A DNA stretch of 54,822 bases from positions 1 to 54,822 of the forward strand of contig JAHBMJ010000173.1 of NCBI GenBank assembly GCA_018398765.1, in the 5' to 3' direction. Position numbers and translations under genes: made by a program. The stretch comes from Chromera velia (taxonomy: Eukaryota). Below, piece by piece: positions 33,773-44,539 of this stretch (the stretch's first letter is position 1; each line of letters starts with the position of its first letter). The notes under the pieces were generated by a model. It searched no databases, had not been told where the DNA came from, and was given only the letters and a program-made list of their open reading frames with translations.

Positions 33773-35450
33773 AGAGGAGGAGGAAGAGGAGGAGGGAAAA
33801 GAAGATTGACATGATGAAGGGGTAGGGTGAGGTGCCTTTTTGAGGCCAGTGATCGGCTTTCGTCTTCTGCCAGCCCAGAAAGCGGCTCTCATCGATTGAA
33901 GCACAAGTGAGGCCGAGACCCATGCAGTCTTTTCCCATTCTTCCCGTCTGATTTCATATTCTCTCTTTCTTTCATTTCCTCCCCTGACAGACACAATTTC
34001 CATAATGCGAGTCATGGGGGGGGGGAGCCTCGCTTCCCGCCTCGTCAGTGGCGCTGCTCTCCTCTTCAGTCTTCTCTTCTTTACAAAAGAAACCCCCGCA
34101 CCCCCCCACTCCCAGTACTTCCCCACATACATCACAGATGGGAAGACGAAAGACAGAGATAGAGGAAGCATGACCATACATATATATATCTTCATCTTCA
34201 CTTTCTGTCTGTCTGGCTGTCTGTTTAGGTGGCTTCCTATTGCTCTCCTCTCTTTCTATTTCTGCTTGCTGTATGTCTGTCTGTCTATTTACCTCCCTTG
34301 GAGGTCCGCCTCTTCGTCTCCTCCTTCCTGGGTCTGTAGGCTGCCTGTCAGTCTGTCTGCCTGCCTGTCCTAAGAGTCTTTTTCTACGTCTGTTTCTTTT
34401 TGGTTCCACTGGCTGTCTGTCGGTCTGTCTATCCGCCTGTCTTAGAAGTTTTCCTCTTTGTCTGTTTCTCTCTGGTTCTTCTGGCTGTCTGTCTATCTGC
34501 CTATCTGCACGAGAGGGAAAAGAGAAGGGTGAAGGAGAAGAAGAAGAAGAAGAAGAAGAAGAAGAAGAAGATGAAGAGAAACGATTCCATAGATTTCTGC
34601 ATCCCCTACGCTGGCTAGATATGCATCCGATACAAGCCTTTTGAGCAGCTACACAGGGACAGCCCCTACAGCACCCTGTTTTCCCTGGTCTGGCTAAACA
34701 AGGACACCTACATATCATGTTGCCATCCCCCCCCCCCCCCCCGTTTTTCTCCTCACCTTCACTGCTTTGTCCTTCGTCATCCCTCCTTTCCTCTCTCTGA
34801 CCCCCTTTGTCTCTTCTTCTCTTGCCGTCATTCCTGTTTGTCCGCTTCCTTTGGGTTTTGACATTCATAACCCCCCCAGGGCTGCTCTCTCCGTCTCCAC
34901 ACACTCTAATTGGGGGAATGATGGAAAAAACCAGAGGAGAGTCAACAGTATCGGCGTCTGCCGGCCCTCTCTGAAAGCAAAATGGACCTGTGTTCTCACT
35001 GCCTTTCCTGCCCTTTCTATCTTTCCTATTTGATCATGACTGAATCTCCCTGTCAGACGCTGTCTCTCTCTCGTCACCTGTCTTGCACCTCTCTAGTGAT
35101 ATCTCTTCCTTTGCCCTCTCTCTATCCTTCCTTGCCTCTCTGTTTCTCCATTCCCTATCACTGCACACCGTCTGTCTGCCCTTGTCTGTCTTCATGCTAT
35201 CTGAGGACTTGGCCTCCATTCTCAGTCCCCTACATCTTTCTTCTTCTTTTCTGCCTCCAGCCGCGCACTCTGCTGTCTCCTTTCTTTGCCATTCTTGCGT
35301 TCCTTTTCTTTTCTCTTCCCGGTGTAAAACAAGCCTCACTAACTCTTCTTCTGCTTTTTCTTCTTCTTTTTTTTCTTCTTTTTCTTCGTCGTCGCCGTTG
35401 TCGTCTTCTTCTTCTTCTTCTTCTTCTTCTTCCTCCTCCTCTTCTTCTCG
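29327..35450 (-). mobile_element. Near-full-length decayed LINE: CXC-like Cys cluster, poly-Ser, APE endonuclease, RT, zinc knuckle, (TAAG)n tail
   Basis: APE motifs IATLNVGGL, ILTETK, AGDFNCH, IDLFLV. RT motifs WRPIHIL, QVGFRKG, FVDFSKAFD, VKQGDPLSP, YADN, YKYLG. C-terminal CIHC...H...C. Tail at ~29327-29343. Confidence 0.92.
33530..33800. repeat. (GAA/GAG)n tracts encoding poly-Ser in the LINE frame
   Basis: Read directly from the sequence. Confidence 0.9.
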
Positions 35451-36403
35451 TAGTCCGTCTTCAGGGTGGGATTTGAGAGTAGCGTGGCACACCCTTCGAC
35501 TGTGGAGAATAGAAAACGCACATAAAAGTTTGGTGGATAGGGCTCAGACACACATAGACGACATGAGAGAATTTTACTCTCTTGGCTTGAGTTCTGAGGA
35601 GCCGCGTGCTCTGCCATCGCACAGTGGTGCAAAGAAGCAAACGTGTGCGTGGATCGAATACATTAGTCTTGAGGAGTATGAATTGTTCTGCAAGAATGTG
35701 GTCTTAACAAAAAGGCGTAAAATTCCAATGCACGTCTTACGTTATTTGGCAGAGATCTTGAGTGAAGAAGAAGACTTTTCAGGGTTGAAGGTGTATCTTC
35801 CAGATGTTAGCGATCATGAAGAAGCTTCCTCTAGTTCTTCTTCTGCTAGTTCTTCTGTTTCAAGTGACTCTAAGTCTGACAAAGAGGACTGAATGTATTA
35901 TAATTAGCCCTAAGTTATACTAATTGTAGGTTAAATACGTTTGAATGTCATTTAATTTTTAATATAATTCAAAATTAATCGAATAATTCATTGAGTAACC
36001 CGTGTGTAACCCATTTATACTTGTTATAACATATTTTAACTATTTTACAACTACTAGACACCATAGAATAACTAAATACAACTGTTAAACAACTGAATCT
36101 AACTGCTAAGCAGCTGAATCTAACTGCTAGACAGGCGAAAATGACCGCTAGACAGGCAAAAAACACTGCTAGGCAGGCAAAGGGTACCGCTAGGCAGCCC
36201 AACGGTACCGCTAGGCAGCTAAAAGGTACCGCTAGGCAAGAATAAACAGGGTTAGAGTTCACTGCTAGCAAGCCTTACAAAAGGTTAATTACATTCAAAC
36301 AATCAGTTGGACTTCATTGATGTCTTACCTTCCACAGTGTTATCAAGTTTTTTTTTAGGAGTCCGTAACCCCCCTAATTTAGTGTGCTAGTAACCAGTGT
36401 GAG
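35400..36403 (+). mobile_element. Second, partial copy (right ~1 kb) of the long-TIR element
   Basis: High similarity to 27668-28620. Intact reading frame WDLRVAWHTLRLW...SDKED* ending at 35892. TIR ~35977-36403 ends GTGTGAG. Confidence 0.9.
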
Positions 36404-37814
36404 TATATATACACGAGAGTGGGTGTGCACTGCACGCCGACATATCGTGGTGGGTGCTCCCATAGTCGAGTCCGGCGTTGAAAGGGAGGCACAAACAAAA
36501 GTTCTTATCCTTTATTATCTTTTGGTCGGGGGTAAACAGCGTATGCTGGGATGTTCCTCTTTTTGGAATATTGCTACACTCACAGAGTCGGGGTACGCAC
36601 CAAGTGTTCACTTTATACTATAACAATTGACGTGCAGGAAGCAGATTGAATCACACGACTTAAGTTAAGTTGAGTTTTGAAGGAAAACGACGTTCAAAAA
36701 GCTTTAGAATATATATATATACATGCGCAGGCCGTCTTATAGAGAAATTTTTATGTGTCGCTTAATTAGTTAGGCCCGAATGGCAACTATGTGCACATGA
36801 TTCATGGCATGAATCAACATTGCCGGGGCGTTATAATACAGTAAGATTTAGACCCAAAATGCAAATTTCTGCACAGCTAGGTGGTGCCCACGTAGTCAGA
36901 TCCAGACGTGATCGAGTATATAGTATAGTAAGATAAACGTGGCGAATATCGACCGAGCTATTGGGGCATTGTGGCCCCGGAAAGTTCAATGGAAATTGTG
37001 GAATACTTCCGACGGCCGCGGGCCTCTCGCACGAACGCGTGCGTCAATGCGTGCATGCTGCGTGCATACTCGGTGAATATTCGGTGAAAATCGGTTTTCC
37101 GCATGCACGAAAAATTATATATATACGGGATGCACCCAACCAGTCAAGGGTGAGTGCCTCGGGGGGGTCCGCTAATTGATGCACACCATCTGGGGCTTGG
37201 GCATGTCTAAGTTGTGTGCTGCCATGGGGCGGGGGCCACGGCAGCGAAGTATGCTTTTCGGGACCGCGCGCGCGTCGTATATGCATGTGCAACTCCGTGC
37301 GAGTTACTTGAGGGGCACGCATGTGCAAAGTAATTAAGGCATGCATGTGCGATCGCGGCTCCGTTCGAGTTGCTTGAGGGGCACATTTTGGAACTCGGGC
37401 GACACCGACCGTGACGGAGACAGAACCGATCCCCCCCCCAAAAATGAAAAAATGCGTTATGCGAGTGCGTGCGATCTCAGGGCCTCTCGGCTGATCTCAG
37501 CAGAGCTGAGCTGCCCCCCGAGGCGATAAGGTTCATTCGATCTTTCAAATTAGAGCTTGTAATTGTGTGTGCATATATGTTGTATGGACAGCTTTTCGCA
37601 GTGGTTCGGGTAGAGTCTGCGTCCTTCCAGTCGGCGGTATGATTTAAAAGAGGGAGGTGTTTTATTTAAGAGTCATTTATATACGCAGTGCATTCAAAGA
37701 ATTACTTCACTACTCCGAACGACGAAAAAGGTCTGTGCAACAACGGTTCCACCAAGTTTCAAAAAATCGCCCCTTTCGGATATACCTACGCATACATATA
37801 TATTTGGGCAGACA

Positions 37815-40263
37815 ATGAAAACAGACGACGTGGTACTTAGTCTTCGACAGCAGATGCTGGTCTCCCAGCTTCAGTCACTGCAGAGCGGACGAACTGTTGT
37901 GAGTGTTGCTGTGACGCTTTTCCTTCTGTTGTTGCTCGACTTTTCCTCATGTGGAACCACAGCAACAGATAGATGGCTCTCCTGTGCTGCTTGCGTCCTT
38001 CCCTCCCTATGGTGTCTCACAATTCGGCCTCAAAAGATTTTGAAGAGTCCGGACTGCCTCGATGGGATGGTGGCTCTCATCTTCATCGCACAAACAGTGG
38101 CATGGAGGAGCGCCTCTCTCATCTTTGGGGAGACTTCGACGGGCCTCAGGTCAGTCATTTCGCATTTATGCGGGGTTCAAAAGAACATTCACCTGTGAGT
38201 CAAGATGCTCTTCTTGCTCATGACGGTTAATTTGATGAGCAATCAGAAGATACAGAGAAGAGGGAGAATTGCTTAGGGCACGTCGCTCGCGCTCGTGTTG
38301 CTTGCGGCCATTCATCTATACAAAATACGATATCATGGGTGTTTACTTTATTTTGTGCGAAAAAGTCAAGTCAGCTCACCTTTCCGCTGTACCTGGTCTT
38401 CCAAAAGACTGGATTATCAGCTTCTTGATATTGATGCCATCGTTGCAGTATGGGGCTGAAGGGAGTCTTGTCGAAGGGGTGGCTTCTGGTGCTCATGGTT
38501 GACCGGTGGACTTTCCTTTTGGGGAACACGGTCGACTTTCTCTGTGCTGTTGCCCCGTCTGTCTTGGCCTCTTTTTTTTCTGCACCCTCGCGTGAAGAAG
38601 GGACGTCGGGGGACAGCACAGGGCCAGTGGGAGTGTCGCTTCAATCATATATGGTTTCACAAATCCTCTGTTGGGCACTTACTTCCTATCTTCACAGTCT
38701 GAAGGAAACGGCGATTTTAAGTCTTGAGCAGGTTGTGGAGAAGAGGAAGGCGCAGGCAGAGGACGCTCTGGTTGTTCGTGTGCAGGAGGCAGAGGGAAGA
38801 GAGGAGGCATTTTGTGCTTACACTATGCACGAAATCCGCACTCCTCTCAACGTCGGTCACCTCCTGTTGGACGAAATGAGTGCTAAGACAACCCAGGCGA
38901 TTGAGTTTGTAGAAAGGATCACGCAAAGCAGATCCACAAACAAGGCAGACAATGCAGAAGCTACAAACGGGGAAGTAGGTGAAGATGCGGAGAATTTGGT
39001 GGATGCCGAAGCCCTCGCAAAAAACCAGGCGTCGTTGCAGAAACTCCAACGAATGATGAAACGAGAAATGTGCAACATCTCAAAGGTCGGTGCGTCAATC
39101 AGTACGTGTGCCCCACAGCTTTTGTTCTCTCTGCGACCGGCTTTTCATTCGTTTTCAGTGCAATTTTGCTCAAACCAAACACGCTCCTGCTTGTTCCTCC
39201 CTGTACCTTCTCATCCAAACACACAGTTCACCCCTGATTCTTCTCGCTGTATCGCGAAGGGCTTTCATCCATTTCCGTACAAAAGCTTCGCTCTGATCCC
39301 TTTTTGCACCGTGTGTTCTGCTTTTAGCTTTTGCTAAATTGATTTTGGCTGAGCACATCTGTCTGTGCAGGTCTGCAAGGACGCGACGCTCTTCGACAAT
39401 CTGACCAAGGGCCGTGTTCAAGTTGTAGAAACACGGGGCTGCATCCTGGCCTGGGCGAGGGAGACGCTGTCCATCGCAGAGAGGGCCGTGAAGACGTCGG
39501 AGGGGGAAAAGACCAAACAGGAGTCTCAGGGCAGTGAGGCAGAAGCATATCAGGCTGCGTTTTTCAACCTGACGAGTTTCCCCGCCTCTCTCGAGGACTC
39601 CTCAGAAAAGGAAAAGGAGAAGGAGACAGAACTGATCACAGAGACCGCCCCCTCCCCCACACAGCAGCAACAGCTCACCTTCCGAGGCGGGCTTTTCATC
39701 GACCCTGAAATCCTGCCAGAAGCCTCTGATGACTCCACTCAAATCAGCCTCGACGTCATCGCCGATTTCGGCCGATTGACCAAGGCAGTCGAACACCTGG
39801 CAGCCAATGCCGGAAAGTTCTCGGGTGCAACGGGAGGATGCGTCTCTGTAGATATCAGGGTGGAAGGAAGTACGCCGAACGACAGGGCCTCTCTTCAGGC
39901 TTCTTCGTGTTCCTCTGACAAAGAGGACACAGAGGAGGGCATGTGGTTGCAGCTGACGGTTGTAGTCAAGGTTCGTTTGCCTGTCTGTCTCCCGTTGTAC
40001 GTCTTTGTATGTTGGTGTCTGTGTTGCTCTGTGGCTACTTTTGTGCCCGTCTGTCTCTTTTGCATCTTGGTCTGTCTGCCAACGTATCCGGCTGCCTAGC
40101 TACTTGGCTGTCGATTTGTGGATTGTTGAATCTGCCAGTCTGTCAGTCTGAGGAGGGGAAGAAACCCTACAGTCTGTCAGTCTTCTGTCTGTCTTTGAGT
40201 CGTCCGTCCGTCCGTCTTGTCTGCACGCACTCTCTATTTGTCTCCGTTTCCGTCTCCGTCTCC

Positions 40264-40330
<67 letters not shown>

Positions 40331-42744
40331 TGTGCGTGTGTGCGTGTGTGCTTGCTTGCATGTCTACGTGGGCCCGCGCTTGGCTGTGAGCTTCCGTCCA
40401 AAATGTGCCCGGACATTTTTCCCTCTCCATTTGCGCGCCTTTTATGTTGCTTGTAACAGTATCTGACTCTGTCAGTCTCCCTTTTATTTTGCTCTTTCTT
40501 TTCTCTAAGCCAGCCGACCAACCAACCAAGCAGCGAACGAAGGGAGAAAGAGACGTTTGTGTACTGCTCGCTGCAGGACGAAGGGATCGGCATCGAGAAG
40601 GACAGACTCGCCAGCCTCTTCACGCCCTTCGCCATTCGGACGGGGGCCTCGATGGAAGGCGGGGGGGCAGGGTTAGGTTTGTGCATCAGCAAGGCCGCAG
40701 TCGAAGCACATCGCTGCGGTTCTGTGACTGCGCAGAGTGAGGGAGAAGCCAAGGGATCAACGTTCACGATTTGTGCAATGTTGCCCAGAATGGACCGCCT
40801 TCCTGTCCCAACAACAACCATGAAGGGCGAGACCGGCGTTCCCCTCCTTCTCGCTGCCCCCCTCTCATCACACTGTTCCCGTGACTGCACCACACCTGGG
40901 TATGAGGCAGATCCTGAGGTTCTATTGGCCTCTCCGGTTCGTGAGGCGATGAGCGAGTCAGAGAAGCGAGAAGAAGATGATAGCTTGTGTGAGCTGTCTG
41001 TTGGTGTGTGTGAATACTCCTCGGACCCATTCTTCCTCTCTTCCTCAGACGATCATGTCCTCTCTGAGACGGGAGGAGAAGGACACGGCGGCTTGATGTC
41101 CACACCCGTCAATGTGAATGTCCTCAGCAGCAACAGAGCTGAGGCAGATAGAAGAAGGAGAGGAAGAGGCAAACGACGATGCAGCAACGGTTCTGACGAT
41201 ACCAGATCAACAATCTGCTCTTCTGCTTCGCCAGACAGACTGTACAGTCTCCGCAGTTCCATCGACTTGCCATCCTACTACGCAGACTTCTCCAACGCCC
41301 CCAAAGGACAGGATCCGATCCAGGCTTCCACGTCCCTCCACGCCTCTGAGCCTCTCCCCTCCATGAGAGAGGGAGTCGTATCGGAGGACGGACCCTGTCC
41401 GTTCCCTCCAGAAAAGGCCAGTCAACCACCAGCGGAAGAGACCCAGGGAAGCGACTGCATCTCCCATGCAGCCAACGAAGAAGCTTCTTCCTCTTCCTCT
41501 TCCTCTGACGTGAAGGAAAAAGGAGCCCCCCCCCTTCAGTACACAGCCGACGTTCTAGTGGTAGACGATCAGCTGATGTGTCGGCTCGCAGTCGCCATGG
41601 TACTCCGACGGATGGGGCTCTCGGTGGAGGGTGCAAGTAATGGGACTGAAGCGGTCGGTTCGAATTGAGATTGTGCCTGCCTTCATGCATCCTCCCTTTA
41701 CATGTCTTTTTCGAAATCTTTTTCGACTTTCCGGTTGTTCTTTTTTTTAGTACAAGATCCCGTTGTGTTCCTTCCTTCTTGTCGGAGCTGCATGCTTCTC
41801 CTGGCTGTGTTTTTCTCCTTGAGATGCTGACCAGAGAATCGCCTTGTGTCACCTCAAAAAAGCAAAGCGTCCCTCTCTCTTCCGCCTCTGCCTTGCTCGT
41901 ACTGTCGTGTCTCTTTTGCAACCGAAAGAGCAATCCTTCTTTTCTTTTCAGCTGTTGTATCCAACAAAAATCTCTTCACTCACTTGCCTACACATTCAAC
42001 AAATTCTGTGCGTGCGTATAAGCATATTCGATCATCGCCGCACAGTTTTTTATTTGTTGATTTCCGCATTCATTCATGCAGGTGCGCCTCTTTGAGGAAG
42101 GGCACAGGTTCCGCCTCGTCTTCATGGACAAAAACATGCCCGTTATGGAGGGACCGCAAGCCACGGCCCTGATCAGATCCACCCTCAGGGGAGAGAGAGG
42201 GAGAGGGAGTGCCACGAGAGAGACACTGGGATTCTCTAAGTCGGAGTCTGCTGAAAGCATCAATCACAGCTTCTCTGCAGCTGAGACTGAGTTTAAAACT
42301 GATGATCTCCAAACCTCCGGGGATGGGGTGATACCGGAACAGGCGACTGAGAAACTCATCAGTCGACCTGTGTGGTCTACAGGAGGACTCCGGCCCATCT
42401 CGTTCACCCCTGCGGCGAAGTGCCCTCAGACAGTGGCAGTGGTGGAATCCGTTCCTCCTTCTGCTTCCCCCCAACCAATACCATCAGACGCTCTTCCGGC
42501 CATCATTGGCTTAACTGCTGACATTTCCGAGAAGAGCCGAAACGAGTTTCTCAGCGCAGGGGCAGACAAAGTTCTTCACAAACCCGCGACTGCAGAGATT
42601 CTCGTTGAGACTCTGTCTGCCCTCGGTATCGGTATCAATGCCCCCGACGGGTGCGCGAGAGGGGAATCGAAATCTCAGTGCGACTCTCAGAGTCTCTTTA
42701 GAGAGACGACCATCGGTCTGCTGACACAGCTGCACACCGAGTAG
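37815..42744 (+). CDS. Membrane-anchored hybrid sensor histidine kinase/response regulator; exons 37815-38149, 38449-39085, 39371-39970, 40577-41653, 42082-42744
   Basis: Hydrophobic N-terminal segments. H-box MHEIRTPLN, N-box HLAANAGKF, G1 VK|DEGIGI, F LFTPF, G2 GGAGLGLCIS. Receiver VLVVDD, FMDKNMPVMEG, IIGLTAD, GADKVLHKP. Four frame-preserving GT-AG introns. Confidence 0.92.
40244..40350. repeat. (CT)n-(GT)n microsatellite in kinase intron 3
   Basis: Read directly from the sequence. Confidence 0.9.
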
Positions 42745-44504
42745 CTAGTCCGCCATCTCGACTGAGGGAGTCTCCTTCGTTGGGATTGATTCTGCTTTGC
42801 TACCGGGACGTAGAGAGAGGGAGGAAAGAGGCAGAAGAGAGAGAACTTTCTTTTTGAACAGCTGATCTCGCAAGTCTTTCATCACAAAATGTTTTCCCGA
42901 ATGAAAGCAGACTGGTTGGATAATTCCAGACCAGCCGTCGAAGCATCCGACCAAGCAGGAAAAGGAAACAAAAGCGATCCCCCTTTGAGAATCAATTATG
43001 CCAAACAACTACGCTACAGGTTACGCATAGCTCAGTGAGCCTTCCATCCACCCAATCAATTCAATGGCATTGTCCACGTTTGTATGCCCTTAATTCTTGT
43101 GGCTTCTTGCGGACTTCCTGCATGCGGGAGTGAGTTGCTCTCCCAATCTCAACATTCTCTTTTCCGTCTTCCTCGCGATTTTCTGGTCTTCTCTCTGCTT
43201 TCATCTTCTCATTTCTGCCTGCCTGCCGGATTTCTGGCTGCTGTCACTGCATTGTTCTTAGATACAAAAGCCCCATCAACACACACATCACATCACATCA
43301 AGATCGGTGACCATCAACAGCATCCTTCCGCAAGTCTGCTCACCCTTTTAAAAAAAGCGACGGGTGTGTGGTAAAACAAAAAAAAGGTTCGGCTTCTTCA
43401 TTTTAATACTTCCCAGCAGCTGCACACGTCCGTGTCTTTCGTGGAACATTCATGGTCCGAGAGGCCGGGAGTTTTCACGCCGGCACGAATTCCACACGTA
43501 ATTGCAGCTTTCATTTATTAATAATGAGTTTGTTCGTACTGCATCTCGCGCTTGTTTTTGTCCAATGGGCGGGGATTCGTCTTACGTCTATGCCATTAAA
43601 TTTCGTCTCTGCTATGCCGGGGGCCATTCGTCTTCCTTCTTTTTGCATGCATGCATGCATGGGACCTAGCTAGAGTTGGGTTGGCAGTCATCTGTTCAAC
43701 AACTGACGGTCACTCTTTGCCAGATTTTAAAAAGAAAGAGAGAGAGACTGGCAGGAGCGCATCGACAGGAACAGAAGAGTCTTTCTTCTACCTTTTTGAG
43801 CTTCCTTCTTTTCTCTTCTGTTCTCGTCGTTTTCCTGCTCTACCCTCCTCTTTCCTGCTCTACCCTCCTCTTTCCTTCTCCGACCTCCTCTTTACATGTA
43901 ACGTGAATAGAGTACAGTAAGGCGGCTGCAGTTACTCCTGTCTTGTTTCCGGACTCTTTCTTGACGGGCAGACCGGGCACCAGAGAGAAAAGATACACGA
44001 AGAAACAAACAAAAAAAGCGAGAGCGAAAGAAAGAACACCACAACGAGAGCAAAAAAGAAAGAAAGTAGTGCTCTTCTTTTTTATTCGTCTCCCAATTTG
44101 TCTTTCGTCTTCTCATCGTCTTTGTACTCTGAATCTAGAACCTTCTCTTTTCTCCTTCTTCGATTCCTGCGAGCTGTATAGTGAAGTCAGTGAAATGAAT
44201 CATCAAACGGTACGTGCATCCATGCACAGAGAGAATTTTTGTTTCGCTCCATGTGTACTCATCTAAAGTGCATGGGACAGAGCTCTGAGATTCGCCTGCC
44301 TCGATCGATAAGGCATGCATGCATGTGGGTCCTTCCTTCTCTCTCTCCATTATTTTGACCGAAAGGGGCGTACATTGAAGAAAGTGAGACAGAAGAATCG
44401 AAAGTTTGGACCGCAGTTGACCGGACCGAACATGTTGCAATGAAAGACAATCATTCAATCAAGTGAGAAAGGTGGGAAGACAGGACAGAGTCCAATCATC
44501 GCAC

Positions 44505-44539
<35 letters not shown>

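Noticed and set aside
33342..33809. Poly-Glu and poly-Phe ORFs, and similar antisense ORFs over CWC25 and gag
   Set aside because: Shadow frames of microsatellites or of the real coding strand.
36412..36620. Possible structured ncRNA next to the TIR end
   Set aside because: No tRNA, snRNA or SRP motif recognised. It would need an Infernal/Rfam search.
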